Shown here in pieces: positions 32,916-43,988 of a stretch of DNA of 64,000 nucleotides. A program made the translations under genes and the position numbers. Origin of the DNA: an uncultured Actinomycetota bacterium (GTDB lineage Bacteria; Actinomycetota; Actinomycetes; Propionibacteriales; Nocardioidaceae); assembly GCA_963808115.1 (NCBI GenBank), contig CAWEEN010000001.1:59742-123741 (forward strand), in the 5' to 3' direction. Every line of letters begins with the position of its first letter. Position 1 is the stretch's first letter. The notes under the pieces were generated by a model. That model was not told the origin of the DNA. It searched no databases and saw nothing but the letters and a program-made list of their open reading frames with translations.

Positions 32916-33323
32916 CTACCAGACGTAGGCGAGGACTTCCCCACCCACGCCCTTCTGGTTCGCCTGGCGGTCGGTCAGCAGGCCCTGGCTGGTGGAGATG
33001 ATCGCGACGCCGAGGCCACCGAGCACCTTGGGCAGACCCGTGTCTTGGCGTAGACCCGCAGGCCGGGCTTGCTGATCCGGCGCACGCCGGCGATCGAGCG
33101 CTCGCGGCTGGCGGCCGTACTTCAAGGTGATGGTCAGCGTCTTGCCGACCCCGCCGCTCGGGTCGTCGGCCACCTCGAAGGAGGTGATGTAGCCCTCGTG
33201 CTTGAGGATCTCGGCGACGCCCTGCTTCAGCTTGCTGTAGGGCATGGTCACCGCGTCGTGGTACGCCTGGTTGGCGTTGCGCAGACGGGTCAGCATGTCT
33301 GCGATCGGGTCGGTCATCGTCAT
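32916..33323 (-). CDS. rpsH: 30S ribosomal protein S8 (compensating indels internally)
   Basis: [16 protein letters not shown]...[12 protein letters not shown]...GGEVLAYVW. Confidence 0.95.
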   Translation of the reverse strand: MTMTDPIADMLTRLRNANQAYHDAVTMPYSKLKQGVAEILKHEGYITSFEVADDPSGGVGKTLTITLKYGRQPRALDRRRAPDQQARPAGLRQDTGLPKVLGGLGVAIISTSQGLLTDRQANQKGVGGEVLAYVW

Positions 33324-33428
33324 GGTGTGTGTCGTTCTCTCTTCTGTGGTTTCCGGCGGCCGGACCTTCAGCGGTGCGGACCTTGGGTGATCGGCGGAGT
33401 CGAGTCCTTGGATCGAGCGGAGTCGAGA

Positions 33429-33614
33429 TCACCAGCTGGACTTGGTGACGCCGGGCAGCTCGCCGCGGTGGGCCATCTCGCGCAGGCAGATCCGGCACAG
33501 GCCGAACTTGCGGTAGACGGCCTTGGGGCGGCCGCAGCGCTGGCAGCGGGTGTAGCCGCGGACGGCGAACTTGGGCTTGCGCGCCGCCTTGACCTTGAGT
33601 GCAGTCTTCGCCAT
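33429..33614 (-). CDS. rpsN: 30S ribosomal protein S14, type Z (zinc-binding)
   Basis: MAKTAL...RCQRCGR...[22 protein letters not shown]. Confidence 0.97.
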
Positions 33615-33616
33615 GG

Positions 33617-34204
33617 TCAGTTCTCCTTGAACGGGAAGCCGAGCTGCTTCAGCAGCGCGCGACCCTGCTCGTCGTTCGTGGCGGTGGTCACGACCGTGAT
33701 GTCCATGCCCCGCGGGCGGTCGATCCGGTCCTGGTTGATCTCGTGGAACATGACCTGCTCGGTGAGACCGAAGGTGTAGTTGCCCTGGCCGTCGAACTGC
33801 TGCGGCGAGAGGCCACGGAAGTCGCGGATCCGGGGCAGCGCGAGCGACAGCAGCCGGTCGAGGAACTCCCACATCCGGTCGCCCCGCAGCGTGACGTGGG
33901 CGCCGATCGGCATGCCCTCGCGCAGCTTGAACTGGGCGATGGACTTGCGGGCCTTGGTCACCATCGGCTTCTGGCCGGTGATGGCCGTCAGGTCCTTGAC
34001 GGCACCCTCGATCAGCTTGGAGTCGCGAGCCGCCTCGCCGACGCCCATGTTGACCACGATCTTGGTCAGGCCGGGCACCTGCATGACGTTGGCGATCTCG
34101 AACTCGCTCGCGCAGCGCGGGGAGGATCTCCTCGCGGTAGCGGGTCTTGAGACGCAGGCAGGACCCTCTGCTCCGTGGCGCTGCTCGGTAGCGGTGTCGG
34201 TCAT
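33617..34204 (-). CDS. rplE: 50S ribosomal protein L5 (indels near the N-terminus)
   Basis: [33 protein letters not shown]. Confidence 0.96.
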
Positions 34205-34205
34205 C

Positions 34206-34571
34206 TCAGATCTCCTTCCCGGACTTGCGCGAGACCCGCACGCTGCGCGTGCCGGCGTACGTCGAACCGTCGGGGCGGCGCTTCTGCACCACGTCGCGGC
34301 GGAAGCCGACCCGGGTCACGCCGTCGCCCTCGACCAGCATCACGTTGGACACGTGGATGGGGGCCTCGGTGGTGATGATGCCGCCGGTGGTGCCGGCGCG
34401 GCCGCCCTGGTGGACGACCTTGGTGTGCTTCTTGACGCGGTTGACGCCCTCGACGATGACCCGCTCCTCCTCACGGAGCACCTGGATCACCTTGCCCTCG
34501 GCGCCCTTGTCCTTGCCGGCGATCACCTTGACGGTGTCGCCCTTCTTGATCTTCATCGAATGCTTCCCCAT
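34206..34571 (-). CDS. rplX: 50S ribosomal protein L24
   Basis: [25 protein letters not shown]. Confidence 0.97.
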   Translation of the reverse strand: MGKHSMKIKKGDTVKVIAGKDKGAEGKVIQVLREEERVIVEGVNRVKKHTKVVHQGGRAGTTGGIITTEAPIHVSNVMLVEGDGVTRVGFRRDVVQKRRPDGSTYAGTRSVRVSRKSGKEI

Positions 34572-34572
34572 C

Positions 34573-34941
34573 TCAGAGCACCTCCGGTGCGAGCGAGATG
34601 ATCTTCATGAACCGCTTGTCGCGCAGCTCGCGGCCCACCGGGCCGAAGATGCGGGTGCCACGCGGCTCGCCGTCCTGCCGCAGGATGACCGCGGCGTTCT
34701 CGTCGAACTTGATGTAGGACCCGTCGGGACGGCGGCGCTCCTTGGCGGTGCGCACGACGACCGCCTTGACGACGTCGCCCTTCTTGACGTTGCCGCCCGG
34801 GATGGCGTCCTTGACCGTGGCGACGATGACGTCACCGATGCCGGCGTAGCGGCGACCGGAGCCGCCGAGCACCCGGATGCAGAGGATCTCCTTGGCGCCG
34901 GTGTTGTCGGCGACCTTGAGCCGCGACTCCTGCTGGATCAC
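34573..34941 (-). CDS. rplN: 50S ribosomal protein L14
   Basis: [15 protein letters not shown]...IISLAPEVL. Confidence 0.98.
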   Translation of the reverse strand: MIQQESRLKVADNTGAKEILCIRVLGGSGRRYAGIGDVIVATVKDAIPGGNVKKGDVVKAVVVRTAKERRRPDGSYIKFDENAAVILRQDGEPRGTRIFGPVGRELRDKRFMKIISLAPEVL

Positions 34942-35210
34942 TTGGCACGCTCCAGGATCTCCACGACGCGCCAGCGCTTGGTGGCGGACAGCGGACGGGT
35001 CTCCATGATCTGGACCCGGTCACCGATGCCGCAGTCGTTGGCCTCGTCGTGCGCCTTGAGCCGCGACGTACGACGCATGACCTTGCCGTAGAGCGCGTGC
35101 TTGACGCGGTCCTCGACCTCGACCACGACGGTCTTGTCCATCTTGTCGCTGACGACCAGGCCCTCGCGGACCTTGCGGGCGTTGCGCTGAGTCGCTGTCT
35201 GCTCGCTCAT
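34938..35210 (-). CDS. rpsQ: 30S ribosomal protein S17
   Basis: [25 protein letters not shown]. Confidence 0.98.
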   Translation of the reverse strand: MSEQTATQRNARKVREGLVVSDKMDKTVVVEVEDRVKHALYGKVMRRTSRLKAHDEANDCGIGDRVQIMETRPLSATKRWRVVEILERAK

Positions 35211-35461
35211 GCGTCAGCACCTTCCTTCTCGTTCTCGTCTGCGCCCGGCGTGGACCGGATGCCGAGCTCGCGCTCACGCACCACGGTGTAGATCCGGGCG
35301 ATGTCCTTCTTGACCGTGCGGAGCCGGCCGTGGCTCTCCAGCTGGCCGGTGGCCGCCTGGAAGCGGAGGTTGAACAGCTCCTCCTTGGCCTCGCGCAAGC
35401 GGGCCTCGAGGTCGACGTTGTTCATCTCGTCCAGCTCGTGGGCCTGCACACTGTTGGCCAT
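35207..35461 (-). CDS. rpmC: 50S ribosomal protein L29
   Basis: [16 protein letters not shown]...KKDIARIYT. Confidence 0.97.
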   Translation of the reverse strand: MANSVQAHELDEMNNVDLEARLREAKEELFNLRFQAATGQLESHGRLRTVKKDIARIYTVVRERELGIRSTPGADENEKEGADA

Positions 35462-35882
35462 CAGAACTCACCTGCCTCTCGGGAGATGAAACGGGACTTG
35501 CAGGGGGAGCTTGTGCATGCGCGCGGCGCATGGCCTCGCGAGCGGTCACCTCGTCGACGCCGGACAGCTCGAAGAGCACGCGTCCGGGCTTGACGTTGGC
35601 GATCCACCACTCCGGGGAACCCTTGCCGGAGCCCATGCGGGTCTCGGCAGGCTTCTTGGTCAGCGGGCGGTCGGGGTAGATGTTGATCCACACCTTGCCG
35701 CCACGCTTGATGTGACGGGTCATGGCGATACGAGCCGACTCGATCTGTCGGTTGGTCACGTAGGACCCCTCGAGCGCCTGGATGCCGTAGTCACCGAAGG
35801 CCAGGCGGGTGCCGCCCTTGGCCGCACCACTCCGGTTGGGGTGGTGCTGCTTGCGGTGCTTGAGACGACGGGGCATCAACAT
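35461..35882 (-). CDS. rplP: 50S ribosomal protein L16 (frameshift near the C-terminus)
   Basis: [30 protein letters not shown]. Confidence 0.95.
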
Positions 35883-35885
35883 GGC

Positions 35886-36728
35886 TCAGGCCTCCGTTCC
35901 GGACTCGGCGGGTGCCGCCGCCGGAGCGGCGGCTGCTGCCTCGGCGGGCGCGGCCTCGGGTGCCGAGCCGGCGCGGTCGCCACGGGTCGGGCGGGTGCCA
36001 CGGCTCGGCCGGTCACTGCCGCGCTCGCCGCCCCGGCTGGGACGGCCGCTGCGACCGGGGACGCCGGCGCGGGCGGCGGCCTGGGCCTGACGCTCGGCGC
36101 GGGTGCCGGCGACCTCGCCCTTGTAGATCCAGACCTTCACGCCGATCCGGCCGAAGGTCGTCTTGGCCTCGTAGAAGCCGTAGTCGATGTCGGCACGCAG
36201 CGTGTGCAGCGGGACGCGGCCCTCGCGGTAGAACTCGGTGCGCGACATCTCGGCGCCGTTGAGGCGGCCCGAGCACTGGATCCGGATGCCCTTGGCACCC
36301 GAGCGCATCGTGGTCTGCATGGCCTTGCGCATCGCGCGGCGGAACTGCACGCGGCCGCTGAGCTGCTCGGCGACGCCCTGGGCGACCAGCTGCGCGTCGA
36401 CCTCGGGGTTCTTGACCTCGAGGATGTTCAGCTGGACCTGCTTGCCGGTGAGCTTCTCGAGGTCGCCGCGGATGCGGTCGGCCTCGGCGCCACGGCGGCC
36501 GATCACGATGCCCGGACGCGCGGTGTGGATGTCGACCCGCACCCGGTCACGGGTGCGCTCGATCTCGACCTTGGCGATGCCGGCCCGCTCCATGCCCTTG
36601 GACAGGAGCCGGCGGATCGCGACGTCCTCGCCGACGTACGACTTGTAGAGCTTGTCGGCGTACCACCGCGACTTGTGGTCGGTGGAGATGCCGAGGCGGA
36701 AGCCGTTCGGGTTGATCTTCTGGCCCAT
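35886..36728 (-). CDS. rpsC: 30S ribosomal protein S3
   Basis: [36 protein letters not shown]. Confidence 0.98.
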   Translation of the reverse strand: MGQKINPNGFRLGISTDHKSRWYADKLYKSYVGEDVAIRRLLSKGMERAGIAKVEIERTRDRVRVDIHTARPGIVIGRRGAEADRIRGDLEKLTGKQVQLNILEVKNPEVDAQLVAQGVAEQLSGRVQFRRAMRKAMQTTMRSGAKGIRIQCSGRLNGAEMSRTEFYREGRVPLHTLRADIDYGFYEAKTTFGRIGVKVWIYKGEVAGTRAERQAQAAARAGVPGRSGRPSRGGERGSDRPSRGTRPTRGDRAGSAPEAAPAEAAAAAPAAAPAESGTEA

Positions 36729-37175
36729 CAGGCCTTCCCCTTCTTCCGGTTCTTGGTCTCGCCCTGCTTGGTCTGCACAGGCTGGGGGCGAGGCGTCACG
36801 ACCAGGGTGATGTGGCTGGTGCGCTTGAGGATCCGCGTAGCGCGACCCTGGGCGCGCGGGCGCCAGCGCTTCATGGTCGGACCCTCGTCGACCTGGCAGT
36901 TGCTGACGACCAGGTCGGCGCGGTCGAGGTCCTCGGTGGTCTCGGCGTTGGCGACGCGCACTCCAGCACCTTGTAGACCGTCTCGCGGCGGACTGCGGGG
37001 CGAACTGCAGCAGGGCGAGGGCGTCGTCGACCGGAAGGCCGCGGATCATCTGGGTGACCCGGCGGGCCTTCATCGGGGTGATCCGCACGAAGCGTGCGCT
37101 CGCGAAGGCCCCCGGCTGGTCGCCGAGCAGCGACTCGCGGCGGGCGCTGGTGCGCCGGCGCTCGGTCACAGGCAT
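36728..37175 (-). CDS. rplV: 50S ribosomal protein L22 (frameshifted)
   Basis: [31 protein letters not shown]...KRTSHIT. Confidence 0.94.
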
Positions 37176-37206
37176 GGTTCTCTGTCTCCTCTGAGCTGCC
37201 CCCGCG

Positions 37207-37488
37207 TCAGCGGCGGCGGCCCTTCCGGTCGTCCTTGACGTGCCCGCGGTAGGTGCGGGTCGGGGCGAACTCCCCCAGCTTGTGGCCGACCATCGAGTCG
37301 GTCACGAAGACGGGGACGTGCTTGCGGCCGTCGTGCACGGCAATCGTGTGGCCGATCATGGCGGGCACGATCATCGAGCGGCGCGACCAGGTCTTGATGA
37401 CGTTGTGGGAGCCCTCGTCGTTCTCGGCGTCCACCTTCTTCATCAGGTGGCCGTCGACGAACGGGCCCTTCTTCAGGCTGCGAGGCAT
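37207..37488 (-). CDS. rpsS: 30S ribosomal protein S19
   Basis: [12 protein letters not shown]...[11 protein letters not shown]. Confidence 0.98.
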   Translation of the reverse strand: MPRSLKKGPFVDGHLMKKVDAENDEGSHNVIKTWSRRSMIVPAMIGHTIAVHDGRKHVPVFVTDSMVGHKLGEFAPTRTYRGHVKDDRKGRRR

Positions 37489-37506
37489 CTGTCTCTATCT
37501 CCCTGC

Positions 37507-38343
37507 TCAGCGCTTCTTGCCGGTACGGCGGCGACGGATGATCTGCTTGTCGCTGGCCTTGCCCTTGCGACGGGTGCGGCCCTCGGGCTTGCCCCACGGG
37601 CTGACCGGGTGACGCCCACCGGACGTCTTGCCCTCGCCACCACCGTGCGGGTGGTCGACGGGGTTCATCACGACACCGCGGACGGTCGGGCGCTTGCCCT
37701 TCCAGCGCATGCGGCCGGCCTTGCCCCAGTTGATGTTGGACTGCTCGGCGTTGCCGACCTCACCGATCGAGGCGCGGCAGCGGACGTCGACGAACCGCAT
37801 CTCACCGGACGGCATGCGCAGCGTGGCGCGCGAGCCCTCCTTGGCGACGAGCTGGGCGGAGTTGCCGGCGGAGCGGGCGATCTTGGCGCCGCCCCCGGGC
37901 CGCAGCTCGATGCAGTGGATCGTGGTACCGACCGGGATGTTGCGCAGCGGCAGGTTGTTGCCCACCTTGATGTCGGCGGTCGGGCCCGACTCCAGCATCA
38001 TGCCCTGGAACAGGTCCTTGGGCGCCACGATGTAGCGCTTCTCGCCGTCGGCGTAGTGCAGCAGCGCGATCCGGGCGGTGCGGTTGGGGTCGTACTCGAT
38101 GTGCGCGACCTTCGCGGGCACGCCGTCCTTGTCGTAGCGACGGAAGTCGATGATCCGGTAGGCGCGCTTGTGGCCACCGCCCTGGTGACGGGTGGTGATC
38201 CGGCCCTGGTTGTTACGGCCGCCCTTCTTGGGCAGCGGCCGCGTCAGCGACTTCTCCGGCGTGGTCCGGGTGATCTCGACGAAGTCGGCCACCGAGGAGC
38301 CGCGACGGCCCGGGGTGGTCGGCTTGTACTTGCGGATTGCCAT
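37507..38343 (-). CDS. rplB: 50S ribosomal protein L2
   Basis: [29 protein letters not shown]. Confidence 0.98.
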   Translation of the reverse strand: MAIRKYKPTTPGRRGSSVADFVEITRTTPEKSLTRPLPKKGGRNNQGRITTRHQGGGHKRAYRIIDFRRYDKDGVPAKVAHIEYDPNRTARIALLHYADGEKRYIVAPKDLFQGMMLESGPTADIKVGNNLPLRNIPVGTTIHCIELRPGGGAKIARSAGNSAQLVAKEGSRATLRMPSGEMRFVDVRCRASIGEVGNAEQSNINWGKAGRMRWKGKRPTVRGVVMNPVDHPHGGGEGKTSGGRHPVSPWGKPEGRTRRKGKASDKQIIRRRRTGKKR

Positions 38344-38370
38344 GGTTTCTCGTCCTAGTCAGGAGCCCGG

Positions 38371-38676
38371 TCAGGAGACCGGACCTCCGAAGATGTCGAT
38401 GCGGTGGCCCTCGGCCAGGCTGACGATCGCGCGCTTGGTGTTCTTGCGGCGGCCGATGCCCGAGCGGGTACGACGGGCCTTGCCCTGGCGGTTGATGGTG
38501 TTGACCGAGGTGACCTTGACGCCGAAGACCTTCTCGACCGCGATCTTGATCTCGGTCTTGTTGGCGTCGGGGTGCACCAGGAAGGTGTACTTGTTGGCGT
38601 CGAGGAGCCCGTAGCTCTTCTCCGACACCACCGGCGCGAGCAGGATGTCGCGGTGGTCCTTGTGCAGGGTGCTCAC
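38371..38676 (-). CDS. rplW: 50S ribosomal protein L23
   Basis: PVVSEKS...[15 protein letters not shown]...KRAIVSL; GTG overlaps the rplD stop. Confidence 0.96.
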   Translation of the reverse strand: MSTLHKDHRDILLAPVVSEKSYGLLDANKYTFLVHPDANKTEIKIAVEKVFGVKVTSVNTINRQGKARRTRSGIGRRKNTKRAIVSLAEGHRIDIFGGPVS

Positions 38677-39680
38677 TCGTCGTCGCCCTTCTTCTCGCCG
38701 CCGGCGCGGGTGAAGCCCGCTGCCTCGGCGTCCTCGACCGACTTGAAGTAGAACTCCGCCTCGGTCTGGTCGTACCACTGGCCGTCGGGCTCGTGGAAGA
38801 GACCCGAGTCGGCGTTGCCCTTGATCTCGAAGCCCTTCGGGGCGCCACCGCTCTTCAGCGGTGCCTTCGCGCCCTTCGGCAGCTCCACGGAGACCTCGGC
38901 CGGGTCGGCCTTGGCCGGCTTGTCGGCCTTCGCCACCTTCTCGGCCTTCGCGGGCTGCTCGGCCTTCTCAGGCTGCTCGGCCTTCTCAGTGCCTTCTCGG
39001 CCTTCTTCGCCTGGGCAACTTCTCGACCTTCTCGGCGGCCGCGTCGACCAGCGCCACCGGGGCGCTGGAGGAGGCGGTGCCACCGACGAAGGCGTCGTAG
39101 GCGCCCTGGGTGAAGACCAGGTCGTCGGAGGCCAGCACGTCGTAGGTGTTGAGCTGGTCGACGGCGACGATGTGGACCTCGGGCGCGTTGCGCAGCGAGA
39201 GCCAGGTCACGCGCGTCGGAGCGCTCGAGCACCAGCAGGAAGTTGGCCCGGTCGGCTGACGAGGCCGCGCAGGGCGGACAGCGCCGCCTTGGTCGACGGG
39301 ACCTCACCGGAGACCAGTGACTCGACCACGTGGATGCGGCCGTCGCGGGCCCGGTCGGACAGGGCGCCGCGCAGGGCGGCGGCCACCATCTTCTTGGGGG
39401 TGCGCTGGGCGTAGCTGCGCGGCTGCGGGCCGTGCACGACGCCACCGCCGGCGAACTGCGGAGCGCGGGTCGAGCCCTGGCGGGCCCGGCCGGTGCCCTT
39501 CTGGCGGTAGGGCTTGCGGCCACCACCGCGGACGTCGCCGCGGCGCTTGGTGGCGTGGCTGCCCTGACGCGCCGCCGCCTGCTGGGCGACGACGACCTGG
39601 TGGATCAGCGGGATGTTGACCTCGACGTCGAAGATCTCCGACGGGAGGTCGACCTTCACGACCTTCGCTTCGTTTGCCAT
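38673..39680 (-). CDS. rplD: 50S ribosomal protein L4 with KAExxx-repeat linker and extra C-terminal domain (indels present)
   Basis: [33 protein letters not shown], then C-terminal IKGNADS...[10 protein letters not shown]. Confidence 0.93.
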
Positions 39681-39682
39681 GC

Positions 39683-40343
39683 TCAGGCCTCCTTCGCGCG
39701 CTTCGCGGCCGAGCGGAGGACGATGAGACCACCCTTGGGGCCGGGAACGGCACCCTTGAGCAGGATCAGGCCCTTGTCGGCGTCGACCGCGTGGACGGTG
39801 ACGTTCTGGGTGGTGACGGTGTCCGAACCCATCCGGCCGGCCATCCGCACGCCCTTGAACACGCGACCGGGGGTCGCGCAGGCGCCGATGGAGCCCGGCT
39901 TGCGGTGGTTCTTGTGGGCACCGTGGGAGGCGCCGACGCCGTGGAAGCCGTGCCGCTTCATGACACCGGCGAAGCCCTTGCCCTTGGTGGTGCCGGTGAC
40001 GTCGATCTCCTCGCCGGCGGCGAAGGTGTCGACGGCCAGCTCCTGGCCCACGGTGTAGGACCCGGCGTCGGCGGTGCGGATCTCGGCCACGTGGCGACGC
40101 GGGCGTCACGCCGGCCTTGACGAACTGCCCGGCCACCGGCTGGGTGACCTTGCGGCTGTCGATCTCGCCGAAGCCGACCTGGATGGCGTTGTAGCCGTCG
40201 CTCTCGGGCTTGCGGACCAGGGTCACGACGTTGGTGGACGCCGCGACGACGGTCACGGGGACGACGCGGTTGTTCTCGTCCCAGACCTGGGTCATGCCGA
40301 GCTTGGTGCCCAGCAGGCCCTTCACGTTTCGTTCGATCGTCAT
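39683..40343 (-). CDS. rplC: 50S ribosomal protein L3 (frameshift near 40100)
   Basis: [34 protein letters not shown]. Confidence 0.96.
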
Positions 40344-40354
40344 GTCAGGAAGCC

Positions 40355-40663
40355 TCAGAGCTTGATCTCGATGTCGACACCGGCCGGCAGGTCGAGGCGC
40401 ATCAGGGAGTCGACGGTCTTGGGCGTGGGGTCGATGATGTCGATCAGCCGCTTGTGGGTGCGCATCTCGAAGTGCTCGCGCGAGTCCTTGTACTTGTGCG
40501 GCGAGCGGATGACGCAGTAGACGTTCTTCTCGGTCGGCAGCGGCACCGGGCCGGCGACCTTCGCACCCGTGCGGGTGACGGTGTCCACGATCTTGCGCGC
40601 CGAGGTGTCGATCACCTCGTGGTCATAGGCCTTGAGCCTGATGCGGATCTTCTGTCCCGCCAT
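40355..40663 (-). CDS. rpsJ: 30S ribosomal protein S10
   Basis: [15 protein letters not shown]...GPVPLPT...[12 protein letters not shown]. Confidence 0.98.
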   Translation of the reverse strand: MAGQKIRIRLKAYDHEVIDTSARKIVDTVTRTGAKVAGPVPLPTEKNVYCVIRSPHKYKDSREHFEMRTHKRLIDIIDPTPKTVDSLMRLDLPAGVDIEIKL

Positions 40664-41000
40664 AGGTCTCTCCGTCCTCTTCGTTCGTGCTTGCCGCATC
40701 CGTTCGTACGACCCCGGTCGGGCCGTCCGTTTGTGTTGCCCGCCCGCTCGATTCCCCGACCCCCGAGGTCGGGCGTGTCGCGGTGTCCGCGGCACACAGG
40801 GGCTCCCTTTGAGAGGATTCCTGCATCGTGTTGGTGGGTGTCCGACCGGGGTCGGACCATCGGGTCTCCAGGTTCGGCGCGACGCACGGCGACCACGAAC
40901 CAGCGGGAGACGCGATTCAACAGTCAAGTGCAACGCACCCCGGCAACCCGCCGGAGCAACCGGACAATCCTGACAGATGTCCCCCCGTGCGCCAAATCCG
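40664..41000 (-). promoter_or_regulatory. S10 operon promoter and long structured leader
   Basis: About 300-nt non-coding region; hairpin CCCGACC-TCGG-GGGTCGGG near 40755-40773; candidate -10 CAGGAT near 40967-40972. Confidence 0.45.
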
Positions 41001-41122
41001 CCGCCACCCGGACCGCGGAAGCGGCGCCCGGGCGCGTCCGGCACCTGACATCATGTCGCTCCACGGGGTCCGCCACGGGACGGGCTCCCCGTCGTCGGAA
41101 CCCGTGCGAGGAGCGTGCCGCC

Positions 41123-42256
41123 GTGTCGGGAGACCAGCCACCCCCGCCCGGCTGGGGCGAGCCGGAGGCACCCCCGCCGGGCTGGCAGCCTCCTGGGCCC
41201 CCCGGTCCGCAGCCGGGCTGGGGACAGTTCGCCCCGCAGCCGGGGTGGCAGCCGGGCTACCCGCCCCAGGCCGGGTGGCAGACCCCCCAGCAGCAGCCCC
41301 CGCCCTACCACCAGCAGGCAGCCCACAAGCCCGGCGCGATCCCGCTGCGCCCGCTCCGCCTCGGTGACCTCTTCGACGGCGCGTTCCGGATCATCCGCTA
41401 CAACCCCCAGGCCACGATCGGCGTCGCCGTCCTGGTCGCAGCGGTCGCCACGCTCGTGCCGGCGCTGTTCACGCTCGTGACCGGCGACACCGGCGGTCTC
41501 CAGCCGCAGGGACCGGACGGCACGATCACCCATGACCAGCTGGTCGGGATGGTCGGCGCCTTCGCGGGGATCCTGATCGGCGCCCAGCTCCGGTCGATCG
41601 GCCTGCTCTACGTCTCGGGCATGGTCGCCCACGTCACCTCGGCGGCCGCCGTGGGTCGCACCCTGACCATCGGGGAGGCCTGGGGCGCCACGCGGGGCAA
41701 GCGCTGGCGGCTGCTCGGCATGGCGTTCCTGCTGGGCCTGACCACCGTGGTGGCGATCGCGGTGGCGGCGGGCGTGGTCGTCCTGCTCGCCCTCAACGCC
41801 AGCATCGGGGTGACGATCCTCGCCGGGGTCGTGCTGGCGCCTGCCCTGCTGGTGTTCTACCTCGTCTTCTCCGTGCGGGTCCGGCTGCTCGCCGTACCGG
41901 CCCTGATGCTGGAGCCGGTCGGCGTCGTCGGGGCGATCGGACGGGCGGTGCGGCTGAGCTCCCGGCAGTTCTGGCGGCTGCTCGGACTGCTCCTGCTGAC
42001 CGGGCTCGTGGTCGCGTTCGCCGGCAGCATCCTGGGCGCGCCGTTCAACATCGCCGGGCAGCTGCTGCTGACGGGGAACAACAGCCACGGCCTGCAGGCC
42101 TACGTACTGCTGACCTCGATCGGCTCGGTCATCACCTCCGCGGTGCTCCAGCCCTTCACCGCTGCGATCAGCGCCCTGCTCTACCTCGACCAGCGCATCC
42201 GCAAGGAGGCCTACGACGTCGAGCTGCTGAGCAGGGCCGGGGTCCCCGTCGCCTGA
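41123..42256 (+). CDS. Integral membrane protein with Pro/Gln-rich N-terminus (MoxR-cluster member)
   Basis: KPGAIPLRPLRLGDLFDGAF, multiple TM segments, LLYLDQRIRKEAYD. Confidence 0.8.
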   Translation: MSGDQPPPPGWGEPEAPPPGWQPPGPPGPQPGWGQFAPQPGWQPGYPPQAGWQTPQQQPPPYHQQAAHKPGAIPLRPLRLGDLFDGAFRIIRYNPQATIGVAVLVAAVATLVPALFTLVTGDTGGLQPQGPDGTITHDQLVGMVGAFAGILIGAQLRSIGLLYVSGMVAHVTSAAAVGRTLTIGEAWGATRGKRWRLLGMAFLLGLTTVVAIAVAAGVVVLLALNASIGVTILAGVVLAPALLVFYLVFSVRVRLLAVPALMLEPVGVVGAIGRAVRLSSRQFWRLLGLLLLTGLVVAFAGSILGAPFNIAGQLLLTGNNSHGLQAYVLLTSIGSVITSAVLQPFTAAISALLYLDQRIRKEAYDVELLSRAGVPVA

Positions 42257-42887
42257 TGCTGCCCCTCATGCCGCCCACCGGACCGCCGCTCGACCCCTCG
42301 GGAGCCGAGGGCCGGCGCCTGCTCCGTGAGGAGCTGCTGCACAGCGACTACCACCGCACCGACCTCTGGGGCCGGCTCGTGGCCTGGGTCGGCCGGATCT
42401 TCCGTAGCGGCGTCTCTGCCGCATCGGGCTCGTCGACGCTGACCGCCCTGGCCGCGATCGTCGTGGTGCTGCTGCTGGCGGTCGGACTGATCCTGGTGCT
42501 GTCCCAGGTACGACGTGACCGTCGGCAGCGTCGGCACCGCGACCACGCAGTGCTCCCGGAGACCGCCCGGCCGCCGACGACCTGAGGCGACGGGCCGAGG
42601 AGGCGCTGGCGGTGGGCCGGTTCTCCGAGGCGGTGGTGGAGGGCTACCGCGCCCTCGCGGCGCGTCAGATCGAGCGCGGCCGCCTGGAGGACCGCCCGGG
42701 CGCGACAGCGCACGAGATCGCGGCGCTGCTCGCCTCGGCGTACGACGGGTCGGGGCGCCGGATCACCGCCGCGGCCGACCTCTTCGACGTCACGCTGTAC
42801 GGCGGGCGCCCGGCCACCGACGACCAGGCCCGCGAGGTGCTCCGCCTCGACGACGAGCTGGCCGGCGAGGCGGTGGGTGCCCGATGA
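42256..42887 (+). CDS. DUF4129-domain protein (frameshift near 42570)
   Basis: EGRRLLREEL..SDY, PGATAHE, AADLFDVTLYGGRPAT. Confidence 0.8.
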
Positions 42888-43988
42888 GGTGGCTGGGCGA
42901 GCACCGCTGGGGGGTGCTGATCGGGGTGGCGGGCGTGGTGGCGGTGCTGGTGACCGCGCTGGCCTTCCACCACGCGCCGCGGCAGACCGCGGCGCTCGAC
43001 CCCGACAACCCCGGTGGCGACGGTGCGCAGGCGGTGGCCCGGGTGCTGGCCCGGGAGGGGGTCGACGTCACCGTGGCCCGGAGCGCCGCCGACCTCGAGC
43101 GCCTGCCGGTGGACGCCTCGACCACGATCGTGGTCACGTCCTCGGACAACCTCGGCCGGTCGACGACCCGGCGCCTGCTGCGCCACCAGGGCCAGGCGTC
43201 GCTGGTGGTGGTCGCGCCGGGGCCGGGGCTGATGCGCCAGCTCGGCGCGGGCACCTTCCCCTCCCCCACCGAGCCGCGGGGCGCCGTCGCCGCCGGCTGC
43301 TCGTCGTACGACGGGCTGTCGCTCCAGGTGACCACGGCCGACGCCTACGACACCGCCGGCTGCTTCCCTGCGGAGCATGGCGTGCTGGTCGCCCAGCCGC
43401 GCCGCGGGCTGACCCTGCTCGGCGCCTCCGACGCGCTCACCAACGACCAGGTGCTCGCCGGCGACAACGCTGCCGTCGCCCTGCGGCTGCTCGGCGGACG
43501 CGACCGGCTGGTCTGGTACGTGCCGGCGCTGGCCGACCTGCAGGGGGGCGACGGGATCTCCCTGGCCGGCCTCCTGCCGGACTGGCTGCGCCCGGCGCTG
43601 TGGCTGCTGGGGGCGGCCGGGGTCGCCCTGGTCGGGTGGCGCGCCCGCAGGCTGGGGCCGCTGGCCCGCGAGCCGCTGCCGGTCGAGGTCAAGTCGGTCG
43701 AGACGACCCGCAACCTCGGGCGCCTCTACCGGCGCTCCGGCGACCGCGGGCATGCCGCGGCCTCCCTGCGGGCGGCCAGCCGCACGAGCCTGGCCGCTCG
43801 GCTCCGCCTGCCACGGCACGCCGACCCGGCGCAGGTCGTCGTCGCCGTGGCCGACCACACCGGACGGTCGGTCGACGATGTCGTCGTCGCTGCTGCGGCC
43901 CGACGTCCCGCCGCCCGCCCACGACCATGACCTGACCGACCTGGCGCAGCGCCTGGCCGAGCTCGACAGAGAGGTGTCGCACCGATGA
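42884..43988 (+). CDS. DUF4350-domain protein (frameshift near 43890)
   Basis: LDPDNPGGDGAQAVARVL, GDNAAVALRLLG, RRLGPL..EPLPV.VKSVET. Confidence 0.8.

Noticed and set aside
35886-37175. Apparent L22-S3 fusion ORF (429 aa)
   Set aside because: An indel in rplV shifts it into the rpsC frame; rpsC has its own ATG at 36728 overlapping the rplV stop.
38895-39010. 18-nt periodic repeat as a possible CRISPR array
   Set aside because: In-frame coding repeat with no unique spacers and no cas genes.
39207-40343. Apparent L3-L4 fusion ORF
   Set aside because: Caused by an indel near 40100; rplD has its own SD and ATG at 39680.
41130-41300. CAGCCGGGCTGG-like repeats
   Set aside because: They encode the low-complexity QPGW/PPGW N-terminus of a membrane protein.
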